Assembly (NCBI GenBank): GCA_965242725.1
Contig: CBDESZ010000020.1
Location: forward strand, 45,602-109,601
From: Alkalispirochaeta sp.
GTDB taxonomy: Bacteria > Spirochaetota > Spirochaetia > DSM-27196 > Alkalispirochaetaceae
Direction of reading: 5' to 3'
DNA length: 64,000 nt
Made by a program: the position numbers and the translations under genes. The notes under the pieces were generated by a model. It was not told where the DNA came from. It ran no database searches and was given only the letters and a program-made list of their open reading frames with translations. How positions within the stretch are numbered: position 1 is the first letter of the stretch; every line of letters begins with the position of its first letter. Positions 40,441 through 52,136 of the stretch are shown one piece after another.

Positions 40441-42102
40441 ATGAGCAGCCGGCCGGAACACCCCTTCGATGTCTACTATAAACGCGGATGGATCTATGTT
40501 GTGGTTCGTCCCGGCGAAGGGGGTGCGGAGGCCGTGCGGCCACCGGTTTATCCCGAGGACATTGAAAACCGCATGCGCCTTCTGGGAATGCCGAAAGTTC
40601 GATCGGGCGTGCTCCTCCGCCTCATCGACGAAGCGACGGGGGAGGCGGAGCGCCTTGTAAAGTGGCCGGAAGGCGAGCGCCTGGCTTCACGCATCTCCGT
40701 GGCGATATCGGACGATGAGATGAGCGCTTCCATTTCAGTAACAAAACCGCGTCGGGGCGCCGTCGGCCCCGACAGGGAAGACATCCTCAAGGCCCTTGAC
40801 GCCGCCGGTGTGACATTCGGAATCGATGAGGATGCAATCGCCGAGTTTCTTGCACACCCTCGTTACGACGAAAAGACAACCGTCGCCGTCGGAGGCGAGC
40901 CCGTATCCGGATCGGCACGCCGCGTGGAATACCGCTTCAAAGTGGATCGGGGAAAACCGTACCTCCAGATGCCCTTTGACCGCATCAACCTGCGGGAACT
41001 GAACTTTGTGGACAACAGGAAAGAGGGTGACGTTCTCGCTGTTCTCCTTCCTCCCGTGAAGGCGAAGGACGGGAAAACGGTCACGGGTACCACCATTCCC
41101 GCCGCTACCGACGAGACCGTGGTGATCCTCCCGGCGGGAGAAAATACCCGCCTTGACGAGGAGGGGACCGAACTCATCGCCGCCTGTGACGGGAATGTCC
41201 GTTTTCACAACGGACTGGTGATCGTGGAACCGGTAATCGAGGTGGAGAACGTCAATTATGAGACGGGAAATATTCACTTTGACGGATCGGTGGTTGTTGC
41301 GGGAAGCGTCGCCGACGGCTTCATCGTGGAAGCGGGAGGATCTATACAGATCGGACGGGGCGTCGGACGGGCGCAACTCCGGGCAGGCGAAAATATACTC
41401 CTCACCAGCGGCATGAACGGAAACGGCGAAGGTGTTCTCGAGTGCGGCGGAAATCTCTTTGCCCGGTATATCGAGAGTGCGACGGTCCGGTGCAAGGGCA
41501 ACGTTCTTGTCGAAGAGGCGATTCTCCACTCGACAATCACCGTCTGGAATCACTGTATCCTCAATGGACGACGGGCGGAGTGCATCGGCGGTGAGCTCAT
41601 TGTCGGAGGAAGTCTCTGGTGCCGGAAGCTGGGTAATCGTAACGACGCACAGACCCTCGTCGCCATCGGCGTTCCGCCGGAACTCTTTGAGGAGTACCGC
41701 ACCGCCCGGGGAGAGCTGGACGCCAAGGAGGATGAGGTGGAAGAACTTGAAGAAAAACTCCGCCGCATAGAACGGGCGATCGACGACGGCAGGACCGATG
41801 AAAAGTACCTTGCCGCCCGGGAGCAGCTGAGGATAGATCTCGCCCGGGAGGGCGTCCAGATCGACGTCCTGCGTCGCCGAGTGCCTGCTCTACGGGATCG
41901 CCTTGATCCGACTACGGCGAGTTTTGTCGTCGCCGAGGAGACAATCTTCAACGGCGTCACCGTCACCTTCGGTAAACAGGAGTATCGCGTGCCCCAGACG
42001 GGCACCCGGAAGGCACTTCTCCACGTCACCCGTGACGCCATCAAGGTGGAAGGATTCAACCGCCAGACACCACCCAAAATCGAGTTTACCCTGCCGGTGT
42101 AG
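40441..42102 (+). CDS. FapA/DUF342 family protein
   Basis: ISDDEMSA, GVTFGID, GKTVTG, GENT, VNYETGNIHFDGSV..GSV..GFIV, coiled coil near the C-terminus. Confidence 0.85.
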   Translation: MSSRPEHPFDVYYKRGWIYVVVRPGEGGAEAVRPPVYPEDIENRMRLLGMPKVRSGVLLRLIDEATGEAERLVKWPEGERLASRISVAISDDEMSASISVTKPRRGAVGPDREDILKALDAAGVTFGIDEDAIAEFLAHPRYDEKTTVAVGGEPVSGSARRVEYRFKVDRGKPYLQMPFDRINLRELNFVDNRKEGDVLAVLLPPVKAKDGKTVTGTTIPAATDETVVILPAGENTRLDEEGTELIAACDGNVRFHNGLVIVEPVIEVENVNYETGNIHFDGSVVVAGSVADGFIVEAGGSIQIGRGVGRAQLRAGENILLTSGMNGNGEGVLECGGNLFARYIESATVRCKGNVLVEEAILHSTITVWNHCILNGRRAECIGGELIVGGSLWCRKLGNRNDAQTLVAIGVPPELFEEYRTARGELDAKEDEVEELEEKLRRIERAIDDGRTDEKYLAAREQLRIDLAREGVQIDVLRRRVPALRDRLDPTTASFVVAEETIFNGVTVTFGKQEYRVPQTGTRKALLHVTRDAIKVEGFNRQTPPKIEFTLPV

Positions 42103-42283
42103 CGTCGGCTGCATATGCCTCGGCTTCCGCCGTCGGGCACAAGTCCGCCGTTTCCGGACTTCCGTCGCGGACGTCGACCGTCCGATGCCGACGGTCAGAC
42201 TTTGGCCCTCGACCCCGCACGCCTCGTAGGATACACTCACCGATAAACATGATAAATAAACTCATAAAAACAGGGGAAGAACG

Positions 42284-43222
42284 ATGCAGGTAACCGTATT
42301 TGGAGCCACAGGAAATACAGGAGGTGCCGTCACCCGTCATCTCCTGCGCGCCGGCGCCACCGTCCGCGCAGTGACCCGGGACCGACGGAACGCCGAAGAC
42401 CTCGGTGTACAGGAAATCATGGAGTGGGACTGGCAACGCCCTGGGGCGTTTCGGGAAGCCCTCCACGGCGCCGACGCCGCCTATTTCATGTGCCCTGTGG
42501 GATTACACGAGGGATCGCTGTACGCATTCCGGGATGAATACTCCCGTCGATTTGCCGCCGCCGCCCGGGCCGCCTCCGGTACCGCCCCAACGCCTGAGAC
42601 TCCAGCCACACTCCGCCGCGTCGTCCAGCTTTCAAGCTTCGGTGCCGACATCGCCGCAGGATCGGGCGTCCTGGAAGGTCTCCACGCTGCCGAGGAAAAC
42701 CTCGCCGGCTGTGTCCCCAATCGCATCATCCTCCGTCCCGGCTACTTCTGGCAGAACTTCCGCGCCAACGTGGAGGGCGTCCGGGATCGGGGCTTCCTCG
42801 GGGGGTATCCCATAGAGCCCGAAACCCGCCTCCTTTTTGCGGACACGACGGAGATCGGGCGCGTCGCCGCGGAGCTCCTCCTTGACGGCCCCCGCCGGGG
42901 TGAAGAGCTCTACTACACCGGACATCCCACTCTGTACAGCTTCCGTGAGATCGCCTCCGCGCTGGCGGACCATCTGGATCGTCCCGACCTTGTGTGGACC
43001 AACGTCGGCTATGACGCCGCCCGGGAGCACATGGCCGCCCGTTCCATGCCCGTGGACCTCATCGACAACTTTCTCGCCTTTTTTGCCGCCATCAACTCCG
43101 GTACAACCATGGAAGCCTACTCGTCGGACCTCCTCATCCCCCAGCACTTCGGACTGGATGACTTCCTTCGCTGGTTTGCCGACCTCCTGGCCGACGACGA
43201 TTCACTATCTTCTTCTTCCTGA
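42284..43222 (+). CDS. NmrA family NAD(P)-binding protein
   Basis: VFGATGNTG, VRAVTR, LSSFGA, LRPGYF. Confidence 0.85.
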   Translation: MQVTVFGATGNTGGAVTRHLLRAGATVRAVTRDRRNAEDLGVQEIMEWDWQRPGAFREALHGADAAYFMCPVGLHEGSLYAFRDEYSRRFAAAARAASGTAPTPETPATLRRVVQLSSFGADIAAGSGVLEGLHAAEENLAGCVPNRIILRPGYFWQNFRANVEGVRDRGFLGGYPIEPETRLLFADTTEIGRVAAELLLDGPRRGEELYYTGHPTLYSFREIASALADHLDRPDLVWTNVGYDAAREHMAARSMPVDLIDNFLAFFAAINSGTTMEAYSSDLLIPQHFGLDDFLRWFADLLADDDSLSSSS

Positions 43223-43304
43223 ATTTTTGCTTCGCGAACGTGCGTTCTGCCCGGTTTGTACCGCATACCGCGGAAGCAACCGGATCGGCCGGCGGGGCGG
43301 GCGT

Positions 43305-44507
43305 TCACCCTCGCGCGGCAGCACCCCTCGTCCGATCCAGGATCGCCAGGATCACGGCAACACCGTACAACGATGCGCCGACGACAAAGACGATCCCGGC
43401 GGATTCCACCGCCTCGATGGCAAACCATCCCAGGAGGGGCCCGCTGGCGGCACCGAGGTCCGAGGCGGTCATCGTCCTGGAAAAGACTCCGCCTCCCGCG
43501 ACGCCCGCCTCGGTGACGACTGAAATACGGCACGCCACGGTTGCGACAAAAAAGAGTACTACTGCGGCAATGAGCACCGCACCGTTGGCGGTGACGGCCG
43601 CCGTTCCAAGGGAAAAAATACCGACGGAAAATCCCGCAATCTGTGCCGCTGCGAGTCCGATCCTGTCTATCCACCGTCCCGCCAGGGGAGAACCGACGCC
43701 GTTGACGCCGTAGTTTACGGCGATGAGAAAACCGTTGAGTGCAGCTACACCGGTGACAACGGAACCGACAGCGACCCTCCCGCCAAAGCGCGCGTTCAGT
43801 ACAAACCCGAGTGTGGAAATGACGAGCCCGGTACCGACACCGCTTGTTATGAAGGCGCGGACCAGAATGGACCAGTCCACCGCGGTTCGTACGTCCCCCG
43901 GTGCCGACGGAATACCCTGCCGTACGGGGAGGCGATGAAGGGCGGCACGGCCGGCCGGTATCGCGAGGAGAGAGAGCGCCGCGGCGGTCAGAAAGGCTGC
44001 GCGATACCCCCATCGCTCGAAGAAGAGGGCACCACCGAGAGTTCCCGCCACAAAGAAGATCGGTACCACTCCGTGATAGACACCCAGTCGGCCGCCGGAC
44101 TCCTCACGCCTGCCGGCGTCGACGGTGGTGAGTACGCCTGCGTGACGAATGAAGGACCAGCAAACGCCCCACAACGCACGGGCCGAGAGAAAGAGGATAA
44201 AGGGGGGAGAAAAGGCGTATATCATCGTTGAAGCGGCGCCCACACAGAGTGCCGCAGAAAGTGTTGAAGTGGTATTCCGCCTCTCCAGGACGCGACGGGC
44301 GGAGCCGTTGGAGATAAGCCGCACCCACCGGTTCACCGAGAGAAGGACTCCCACCTGCATCGGTGAGAAGCCCAGAGCGGCTGCTTCAACGGGAAGGACC
44401 ACATAGATCAGCATGTCGCCAAAGAGGGAGAGGCCCACCGCACCTGCCAGGACCATGACCCATGCGGTGCCGGCAGCGGGCGAAAAAACCGGTTTCATAG
44501 GTGACAT
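43305..44507 (-). CDS. MFS transporter
   Basis: About 12 TM segments; [35 protein letters not shown]. Confidence 0.85.
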   Translation of the reverse strand: MSPMKPVFSPAAGTAWVMVLAGAVGLSLFGDMLIYVVLPVEAAALGFSPMQVGVLLSVNRWVRLISNGSARRVLERRNTTSTLSAALCVGAASTMIYAFSPPFILFLSARALWGVCWSFIRHAGVLTTVDAGRREESGGRLGVYHGVVPIFFVAGTLGGALFFERWGYRAAFLTAAALSLLAIPAGRAALHRLPVRQGIPSAPGDVRTAVDWSILVRAFITSGVGTGLVISTLGFVLNARFGGRVAVGSVVTGVAALNGFLIAVNYGVNGVGSPLAGRWIDRIGLAAAQIAGFSVGIFSLGTAAVTANGAVLIAAVVLFFVATVACRISVVTEAGVAGGGVFSRTMTASDLGAASGPLLGWFAIEAVESAGIVFVVGASLYGVAVILAILDRTRGAAARG

Positions 44508-44574
44508 CGTGACGCAGACCCCTGGAAGCGTCTATACTGTCCCCATCCACGAGTACCAATCTCAGCGGGAGGCT

Positions 44575-47088
44575 ATGATGGCCAAAAAAAAAGTTGACAA
44601 ACCGGAACTGACTCCTTCAAACAACCCCTTCAAGGGCACCGACGTGGAGTCTCTCATACACTCATTTGTGAATCACCTTGAATACAGTCAGGCAAAAGAT
44701 GAATACAGCGCCACCAAGCTCGATCTCTACAAGAGTCTCGCCCTGACGATGAGGGACCTCCTCTTTGAACGGTGGATCGATACTCAGCAGAGTTACTATA
44801 AAAAACCGTCCAAGCGTATCTATTACCTCTCGCTGGAGTTTCTGATCGGGCGTACGTTGGATAACGCCATCATCAACCTTGGTATCCGCGAGGCGGTGGA
44901 AAAGGCATTGGGAGAGTGGAATCTCAACCTTGAAGACCTCGCGGAGATGGAGTTTGATGCAGGACTGGGCAACGGCGGGCTTGGCCGCCTGGCGGCGTGT
45001 TTTCTCGACTCAATGGCGACGCTGGCGCTGCCGGCCTACGGCTACGGAATCCGGTATGAGTACGGGATCTTCTTTCAGCGCATTCGCAACGGAGAGCAGG
45101 TTGAAACACCCGATCCCTGGCTGCGTTACGGGAACCCCTGGGAGATCGAGCGGCCGGAGTTTCTCTACCCCGTACATTTTTACGGTCAGGTGCAGCAACG
45201 GACGGACGAGCAGGGACGGCAGCGGGTTGAATGGGTGGACACCCAGGAGGTGATGGCCATGGCCTACGACACCCCCGTGCCGGGGTACCGCAACGATACG
45301 GTCAACAACATGCGTCTCTGGGCCGCCAAATCGACGCGTGACTTCGAGCTCAGTTACTTCAACCATGGGGACTATGAACGGGCCGTTGCGGACAAAGTTA
45401 TCACCGAGACGATATCCAAGGTGCTCTATCCCAACGACAACATATTCGAAGGAAAGGAATTGCGTCTCAAGCAGGAGTACTTCTTCGTTTCCGCAACGCT
45501 CCAGGACATCGTGCGCCGGTACAAAAAGACGAACGGCAATTTCGGCCGCTTTCCCGATGAGGTGGCGATTCAGCTCAACGATACACACCCGGCCGTCGGC
45601 ATCGCCGAGCTCATGCGCATATTGGTTGACGTAGAGGGGGTGACCTGGAACACCGCCTGGGATATCACTGCCCGCACCTTCGCCTATACGAACCATACGG
45701 TCCTTCCGGAAGCCCTTGAACGGTGGCCGGTGGATCTCTTCGGCCGCGTTCTCCCGCGACATCTGCAGATCGTCTTTGAGATAAACCAACGTTTCATGGA
45801 AGAGGTAGCCCGCCTCTATCCGGGCGATACCGGGCGAATGGCGCGCATGTCCATCATAGAAGAGGGGGCGTCCAAGAAAATTCGTATGGCAAACCTTGCA
45901 ATCGTGGGAAGCCATTCGGTGAACGGCGTCTCCGCGCTGCACAGCGAGATTATCAGGAACGACCTCTTCCGGGACTTTGCCGAGATGTGGCCGGACAAGT
46001 TCAACAACAAGACCAACGGTATAACGCAACGACGATGGCTCAAGAGCTGTAATCCCGGCCTCTCGCAGTTGATCAGCTCAAGAATTGGAGACGGGTGGGT
46101 GACCGATCTGGAGGAGCTGGAAAAACTCCTTCCCCTCGCGGAGGACGCGGAGTTCCGCGCGCAGTGGCGGAAGGTCAAACGCGCCAACAAGGAGCGAATG
46201 TGCGCCTACATTCTCAAGCACAACAGTCTGGTGGTAGACGGGGACTCTCTCTTTGACTGTCAGGTAAAGCGCATACACGAGTACAAACGGCAGCTTCTGA
46301 ACGTCCTCCACGTGATACACCTCTACAACACAATCAGGGACAATCCCGACGCGGAGACGGTACCGCGGACCGTCATATTCGGCGGCAAGGCGGCGCCGGG
46401 TTATCACATGGCAAAACTGATCATCCGCCTCATCAACGCGGTAGCGGAGGTCGTGAACAACGACGAGGCGACGGCGGACAAACTCCGGGTAGTCTTTCTG
46501 GCCAATTACAGCGTCAGTCTCGCGGAGAAACTGATGCCCGCCGCGGACCTCTCGGAGCAAATCTCGACCGCCGGCACCGAGGCGTCGGGAACGGGCAATA
46601 TGAAATTCTCCCTTAACGGCGCTCTCACCATCGGCACTCTGGACGGTGCCAACGTGGAGATCCGTGAAGAGGTGGGCGCTGACAACATCTTTATCTTCGG
46701 CCTCAGAACGGAAGAAGTGGAGGCGACGCGCCGCGACGGCTACGACCCGTGGAAGTACTACAACGGTGACGCCGCCCTGCGGCGCGTACTGACGATGATC
46801 TCGACGGGCCATTTTTCACCGGACGAGCCGGGACGGTTTACTCCGATCATCGATGCACTGCTTCAGCATGGCGACACGTACCGCCTCCTCGCCGATTTTC
46901 GTCCCTACATCGAGGCACAGGAAGAAGTCTCCACCCTCTACCGCGACGAGGAAGAGTGGACGAGAAAATCCATTCTCAACGTTGCCCGGATGGGAAAGTT
47001 CTCCAGCGACCGCACCATCAGGCAGTACGCCGAAGAGATATGGAACACCAAACCGGTGCCGGTGAAGCGTACGAAGAAGCGTTCCTGA
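44575..47088 (+). CDS. glgP: glycogen/starch phosphorylase
   Basis: [52 protein letters not shown]. Confidence 0.97.
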   Translation: MMAKKKVDKPELTPSNNPFKGTDVESLIHSFVNHLEYSQAKDEYSATKLDLYKSLALTMRDLLFERWIDTQQSYYKKPSKRIYYLSLEFLIGRTLDNAIINLGIREAVEKALGEWNLNLEDLAEMEFDAGLGNGGLGRLAACFLDSMATLALPAYGYGIRYEYGIFFQRIRNGEQVETPDPWLRYGNPWEIERPEFLYPVHFYGQVQQRTDEQGRQRVEWVDTQEVMAMAYDTPVPGYRNDTVNNMRLWAAKSTRDFELSYFNHGDYERAVADKVITETISKVLYPNDNIFEGKELRLKQEYFFVSATLQDIVRRYKKTNGNFGRFPDEVAIQLNDTHPAVGIAELMRILVDVEGVTWNTAWDITARTFAYTNHTVLPEALERWPVDLFGRVLPRHLQIVFEINQRFMEEVARLYPGDTGRMARMSIIEEGASKKIRMANLAIVGSHSVNGVSALHSEIIRNDLFRDFAEMWPDKFNNKTNGITQRRWLKSCNPGLSQLISSRIGDGWVTDLEELEKLLPLAEDAEFRAQWRKVKRANKERMCAYILKHNSLVVDGDSLFDCQVKRIHEYKRQLLNVLHVIHLYNTIRDNPDAETVPRTVIFGGKAAPGYHMAKLIIRLINAVAEVVNNDEATADKLRVVFLANYSVSLAEKLMPAADLSEQISTAGTEASGTGNMKFSLNGALTIGTLDGANVEIREEVGADNIFIFGLRTEEVEATRRDGYDPWKYYNGDAALRRVLTMISTGHFSPDEPGRFTPIIDALLQHGDTYRLLADFRPYIEAQEEVSTLYRDEEEWTRKSILNVARMGKFSSDRTIRQYAEEIWNTKPVPVKRTKKRS

Positions 47089-47110
47089 GGCGGTGTATCT
47101 GGGTGGGCAG

Positions 47111-47169
47111 GCGAGGCGGGTGGCCCTTGCCACTTTCACGATCGTACGCCTCAGATAACCGGATGGTTC
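47111..47169 (+). repeat. 59-bp direct repeat, copy 1
   Basis: 51/59 identical (hand alignment) to 56562-56620; first 26 bp exact. Confidence 0.9.
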
Positions 47170-47218
47170 GATCTAAAAAGTTTGATAAATTCTTGGTATC
47201 AAATATAATTCATTTCAA

Positions 47219-49099
47219 ATGAAACGTTCATCGATTTTTGTCCTGCTGGCCATCAACGTCGGTGTGCCCCTGTTCTTCGGGGCTTTTGTTCGGGAGCAAT
47301 TTGTCGGGCTCTTTAATCCGTATATTGAATTAACCCTGGGTGAACGAGTTCTCTTCTCCCTGCGGCCGGTGAACTACGGTGCGGTGGTCTTCTTCGGCGT
47401 GCTGGCTCATGGTATGGTCATGGGGTTGCTGCGACCGCTGTCCCGCTATTTAAAGGGCGACAACGCGTTGTACGACCGCGCCCGTCGGGCGGCGCTCAGG
47501 GTTCCCTGGTTTCTCATCGCCGTTCACATGGTGTTGTGGTTCATCGGGGTGACGGTGGTATATGGAGTGCTTTACAAGTGGAACGCTCCAGGCGGCATCG
47601 GTTATGTGAAATCCCTGATCAACTCTCTGGCGACGGGGCTGATCACCGGCATCACCTCGGCCCTGGCGATCAACATCGTCCTCGTACCCTACAAGCTGGC
47701 GCTGAAGATGGTGGATATTCGCTCCGGCGAGCGTGATCTCTTTCTCCATATCAAGGATTTTCTCATCCTTGGCGCCGTTGCCCTCAACATGGGCGTCTTC
47801 TTTGAGCATATACTCATTTTTTATCGCGACGGGACCAACATTCCGCCCCTCTATGAGAATCACGTTACGGCGATCGTTCTTGTGACCCTCTTTTATGTTC
47901 TTGTTCTTTCCGGGCTGCTCCTGCTTTCCCGGAAGGAGAGCGCCAAACAGTACGGCTATCTGGAGGAACGGATCGATGAGTTGCGCCGCGCCGGGGGAGA
48001 TCTCTCGCAGATGGTCTATCTGGTAAACTTTGACGACCTCGGTCGAATTTCGGAAGGCATGAACGGGTTCATCTCGTCACTGGCGGAGATGATCGGAACC
48101 ATCGTGGACCGGGTACAGTCCCTCTCCGACGTCGGCCACGCCCTGGAACGGTCTATCCAGGCCGTGGAGCGTGAAGTGAGCAGGGACGGAGCCATCGTTT
48201 CCGATACGACGGGAAAGATCGGGGAGACGAGAGACAAAATCGGAAATTCGACGGAATCGGTCCTTGCCATAACCGGACAGGTGGCTTCCCTGGACGTACA
48301 GGTCGCCGAACAATCAAGCGCCGTCGAGCAATCATCCGCAGCGGTGGAAGAGATGATCGCCGGCGTCAACTCAATCGGCACCCTCGTCCGGGACCTGGAG
48401 GCGATTTTTCAGAAACTTCGCCGGGCGATCCGGGACTCCCAGGAGCGCACCCAATCGATCACGGCAAACATGGCCGAGGTGGTGACCCAGGCGCAGGAAC
48501 TCGGCAAGGCAAACAAGCTCATTCAGGAGGTCGCGTCCAGGACGGGGCTTCTGGCGATGAACGCCGCCATCGAGGCGGCCCACGCGGGGAGCGCCGGTCA
48601 CGGATTTGCCGTCGTGGCCCAGGAGATCAGGGAGCTTGCGGAGAACAGCGCCGGCCAGTCACGACAGATCAGGGAAGCTCTGAAGACGACGACTCACCTC
48701 ATCGAGTCGATCTCCCGGGAGGTAAACGCATCCGACGAAGCCCACTCGGTCATGGGTTCCCTCGTCGAGGAGACCCATCACATCGAGCAATCCGTCCTGA
48801 GCGCCCTCGAGGAACAGCAGGTGGGCAGCAACGAGGTACTCCAGACACTTGGTACGATGCGGGAGTCGACGTCGGCGGTAAAGGTTTCCGCCCAGGAAAT
48901 GAACGCCCAGGCGACGACGGTGCAGGAACGGATGCGGGACCTCATGGAACTGAGCGGCTCGCTGGAGGACGCAATTGGTCGCGTATCCGAAAGCAGCGAA
49001 ACCATCGGCGCCACAACGGCGGAAATGACCGGGCAGAGTACGGAAATGGGCGCCGCCCTGGAGCACATCAGGCACCTGGTAAGCCGGTTTTCCCGGTGA
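47219..49099 (+). CDS. methyl-accepting chemotaxis protein with multi-TM sensor
   Basis: About six TM segments, HAMP-like 'GGDLS..DDLG', hairpin tip [30 protein letters not shown]. Confidence 0.93.
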   Translation: MKRSSIFVLLAINVGVPLFFGAFVREQFVGLFNPYIELTLGERVLFSLRPVNYGAVVFFGVLAHGMVMGLLRPLSRYLKGDNALYDRARRAALRVPWFLIAVHMVLWFIGVTVVYGVLYKWNAPGGIGYVKSLINSLATGLITGITSALAINIVLVPYKLALKMVDIRSGERDLFLHIKDFLILGAVALNMGVFFEHILIFYRDGTNIPPLYENHVTAIVLVTLFYVLVLSGLLLLSRKESAKQYGYLEERIDELRRAGGDLSQMVYLVNFDDLGRISEGMNGFISSLAEMIGTIVDRVQSLSDVGHALERSIQAVEREVSRDGAIVSDTTGKIGETRDKIGNSTESVLAITGQVASLDVQVAEQSSAVEQSSAAVEEMIAGVNSIGTLVRDLEAIFQKLRRAIRDSQERTQSITANMAEVVTQAQELGKANKLIQEVASRTGLLAMNAAIEAAHAGSAGHGFAVVAQEIRELAENSAGQSRQIREALKTTTHLIESISREVNASDEAHSVMGSLVEETHHIEQSVLSALEEQQVGSNEVLQTLGTMRESTSAVKVSAQEMNAQATTVQERMRDLMELSGSLEDAIGRVSESSETIGATTAEMTGQSTEMGAALEHIRHLVSRFSR

Positions 49100-49139
49100 C
49101 CAACGGGCCTTTAAGAGAGTGCGGGCCGGGAGCGTCGCA

Positions 49140-49168
49140 TTGACAATTGTCACGTGACAGATTACAAA
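49140..49168 (+). promoter_or_regulatory. promoter/operator of the toxin-antitoxin pair
   Basis: TTGACA at 49140; overlapping palindromes TGACAATTGTCA (49141-49152) and TGTCACGTGACA (49148-49159). Confidence 0.65.
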
Positions 49169-49173
49169 TTGAC

Positions 49174-49458
49174 GTGATAAAGACTTTCGCCGATAAGCAT
49201 ACTCAAGGGTTCTACGTTACCGGAAGGTCAAGAAAGATTCCTCCGGACATTATCCGAAGGGCACGGAGAAAGCTTGAGTATGTCGATGTGGCGTCCAGGT
49301 TGGAGGACCTCAAGGTGCCTCCCGGAAATAGACTCCATCTCCTTCGGGAGGATCGAGAGAGGCAATACGCAAATCGAATTAATGATCAGTGGCGGGTGTG
49401 TTTTCAGTTTGTAGATGGTGATGCGTATAACGTTGAGATTACTGATTACCACTCGTAA
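49174..49458 (+). CDS. higB: HigB (RelE/ParE family) toxin
   Basis: IKTF, LEDLKVPPGNRLH.L, RINDQWRVCF, VEITDYH. Confidence 0.92.
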   Translation: MIKTFADKHTQGFYVTGRSRKIPPDIIRRARRKLEYVDVASRLEDLKVPPGNRLHLLREDRERQYANRINDQWRVCFQFVDGDAYNVEITDYHS

Positions 49459-49469
49459 AGGAGTAACCA

Positions 49470-49784
49470 ATGAGTATTCCAAATAATAGAGCAAGACAAA
49501 TTAAACCAATTCATCCCGGTGAAATGCTAAGAGAAGATTTTATGTCCGATTTCGGACTGACCGTTTCTCAACTGGCCGCCGCGTTATGCGTTTCCCGGCA
49601 ATCGGTGAATGAGCTTGTTCGCGAGCGCCGAGCGGTCAGTCCGGAGATGGCCCTTCGACTGTCTCGGCTGTTTGGTAACTCGCCCGAATTCTGGCTAAAC
49701 GCACAGCGGGCAGTGGATCTTTGGAATGCCGAACAGGCGGCGGGTTCCGACATTAAACGCGTAAAACCTTTGGATGTTGCATAA
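49470..49784 (+). CDS. higA: HigA antitoxin
   Basis: PIHPGEMLREDF, VSRQ, SPEMALRL..FGNSPEFWLNAQ. Confidence 0.94.
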   Translation: MSIPNNRARQIKPIHPGEMLREDFMSDFGLTVSQLAAALCVSRQSVNELVRERRAVSPEMALRLSRLFGNSPEFWLNAQRAVDLWNAEQAAGSDIKRVKPLDVA

Positions 49785-49950
49785 GAACAACGTGTGATGA
49801 ATTCGATGTAGCACCGGGACACTTTATTCAAATACGATTATCACCCCTTTTTACCGGAAGAAACGGAAAAGTGCGGGAGACGCGTGCGACTTTGCGCGCC
49901 GCACCCGGTAAGCGTCCGACAGAGAGGGCCGGCGCATAACGACACGTTAG

Positions 49951-50062
49951 AACGAGGCATCGGCGCAGATAGAAACGCTGATGCACCAGTTCAAGGCGGA
50001 AGATCCGGATATACGCGCCATAATCCTCATTGGCTCCCTCGCGTCGGGTGCGCCGACAAAGA
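49951..50062 (+). pseudogene. N-terminal remnant of a minimal nucleotidyltransferase
   Basis: Translates as 'AQIETLMHQFKAEDPDIRAIILIGSLASG' (MNT hhhGS motif); no DxD follows. Confidence 0.45.
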
Positions 50063-50065
50063 ACC

Positions 50066-51628
50066 TTACAGTAAATCCGGATACCGCTCCCGCAGCGCCT
50101 TGCGGAAAGCCGGGGGCTTCAGTCCCAACAGACGCGCCGCCTCCGCCTTGTTACCGTCGGCACGGCGCAATGCTTCGGCGTACCAGGCGCGTTCGGTATC
50201 CAAAAGGATGTCGGTCACATCCACCGGAGTGTCGCCGGTCCACATCGTGGATGGGGAAGGCGCGGGTGATACGGGGGAGGTCGGTTCGGGTCCGCCTGCC
50301 GTACCGGGTACATCTCCGTCGTAAAGAATTTCCTGCACCTCCGCTGCGTCGATCACATCCGTCTCGGCATATGAACAGAGTTGGCGTACCGTATTTTGCA
50401 ACTGCCGCACGTTCCGCGGCCAGGAATAACCGGCCAGGACGGCAATCGCCTCCGGGGATAATTCATACTGTGTGTCGTGTTCAAGGTTCCACCGATTCAG
50501 AAACGTCCCGGCGAGGAGTTCAACGTCCCCGGCCCGGTCTCTCAGGGGCGGCAGGTGAACAGGCAGTTGCCGCAACCGTTCGTAGAGGTCCGCCCGGAAA
50601 GTGCCCTCTTCAACCATAGACCCAAGATCACGATTGGTGGCGACGATAATTCTGACGTCCACATGGACCGGCTTGTCGTACCCAACGGGGGTAATCTCCC
50701 GCTGGTCGATAACGCGCAAGAGGGCGGCCTGCACGGGCATCGGCAGTTCACCCACTTCATCCAGAAAGAGCGTCCCTCCCCGGGCGCTGCGAAAGGCGCC
50801 GGGGCGGTCGGCGACGGCTCCTGTAAAGGCTCCTTTCTTGTGGCCAAAGAGGGCACTCTCGACGAGCCCCTCCGGGAGCGCCGCGGAATTGACGGGGATA
50901 AACGCCTCGCCGCGACGACGGCTGCGATCGTGTATATGTCGCGCTACCAGCTCCTTCCCCGTACCCGTTTCACCGGTGATACAGACCACGGCATCGTCAA
51001 AACGGGCGGCACGGTTGGTCCGTTCCAGAAGATGGCCCATCGCCGGGGACTTCCCGACAATTTCCGGGCGCACCATAGTCCATGCATCGTCCCGGCCGGC
51101 TGGACCTTCCGTCGCGGCGGACTCGTCTTGCTTGTCATGGGGACGCAGAGTGATTTTCACCGGAAAGCGGGCCGGATCCAGCCGGACATCACGGCAGCGG
51201 TAATGGCCTCCGCCGAAGCGCGGGGGAACTCCCTGGAGAAGGACGGCCGGAAACCCGCCGGATTGTACCATAAGAAACCACACCGTCTGCATTTGCGGCG
51301 TCCCCGGATCGAGAAGAACATAATTGCGCATTTCCCTGTACGGCAGGGACGGGAGGACTTGTGCGAGGGAACGGGAGAGCGTGCGGTAGATCTCCTCGTA
51401 GTCCACTACGCTCTGGAGTTCAATATCCATAAAGGAAAAGGTGGGGCCGCCCGATGAATCCCGCGCAGCGTCGCGGATGACGCCGGCCCGTTCGGCATAC
51501 TCACTGCGGGTAATGCAGAGGACCACGTGGTCAAAGCGACGGAACCGCAGCAGGGAGAGCACGGGACCGGGATCGTCCCCGGGACCGGGTATGTGCAGGG
51601 GATCGTGATTGCCCACAAAGGTGTACAA
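50066..51628 (-). CDS. sigma54 enhancer-binding protein with N-terminal CARF-like (RtcR-like) domain
   Basis: N-term FVGNHDP..GPVL..FDHVVL..DYEEIY..PGTPQM..WF; GETGTGKE, GAFTGA, FLDEVG, WPRNVRQL; C-terminal HTH. Start uncertain. Confidence 0.88.
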   Translation of the reverse strand: MYTFVGNHDPLHIPGPGDDPGPVLSLLRFRRFDHVVLCITRSEYAERAGVIRDAARDSSGGPTFSFMDIELQSVVDYEEIYRTLSRSLAQVLPSLPYREMRNYVLLDPGTPQMQTVWFLMVQSGGFPAVLLQGVPPRFGGGHYRCRDVRLDPARFPVKITLRPHDKQDESAATEGPAGRDDAWTMVRPEIVGKSPAMGHLLERTNRAARFDDAVVCITGETGTGKELVARHIHDRSRRRGEAFIPVNSAALPEGLVESALFGHKKGAFTGAVADRPGAFRSARGGTLFLDEVGELPMPVQAALLRVIDQREITPVGYDKPVHVDVRIIVATNRDLGSMVEEGTFRADLYERLRQLPVHLPPLRDRAGDVELLAGTFLNRWNLEHDTQYELSPEAIAVLAGYSWPRNVRQLQNTVRQLCSYAETDVIDAAEVQEILYDGDVPGTAGGPEPTSPVSPAPSPSTMWTGDTPVDVTDILLDTERAWYAEALRRADGNKAEAARLLGLKPPAFRKALRERYPDLL

Positions 51629-51650
51629 AACGTCGGCGTGTATTGTCGAT

Positions 51651-52136
51651 TCAATCCCGTTCTATGCTCCGGAGAAATGTTCCAAATGCATCCATTTCCT
51701 GCAATAAAAGGGGATGCAGTTGGTCCAGTTTTGCGATAAGAAAATCCAGTTTGTCCCAGTCATATTCCACCCGGTAGTAATACCGTTTGAAATGCCGGAA
51801 CCGCCGCAACTCATCCAGGTACATATAGGAATCATCACCAATCACACGGGGACGAATGCCGGGTACCTCAATATTCAATCGGTGTAACAGATCTGCATGC
51901 CAGCGTTCGGAATCCAGGTTATTGCCAAAGTTCTGGGCGATTCGGAACATCGTGGTCTCCGCAGCGGTATAATAATTCTCCAGCAATCCCGCCACGACAA
52001 GGCCGTTCTTGCGACTCTTTCCTTCCCGCACCACGTCATCGGTCATGATCTGTTGAAGGTAGTCATACAATTCGTTCAGAACCTGAATTTGTGAAGTGAT
52101 TTCCCCTTCCAGTTCTGCAATCGGATCGTCATTCAT
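51651..52136 (-). CDS. HEPN (HepT-like) ribonuclease toxin
   Basis: LENYYTAAE..F.RIA, WHADLL, LDELRRFRHFKRYYY; overlaps the MNT stop. Confidence 0.85.
   Translation of the reverse strand: MNDDPIAELEGEITSQIQVLNELYDYLQQIMTDDVVREGKSRKNGLVVAGLLENYYTAAETTMFRIAQNFGNNLDSERWHADLLHRLNIEVPGIRPRVIGDDSYMYLDELRRFRHFKRYYYRVEYDWDKLDFLIAKLDQLHPLLLQEMDAFGTFLRSIERD

Noticed and set aside
49925..49953. Integron attC-like right arm (CATAAC-GACAC-GTTAGAA) downstream of higBA
   Set aside because: No complementary left arm (TTCTAAC) upstream, imperfect GTTRRRY, no integrase and no second site in the window.
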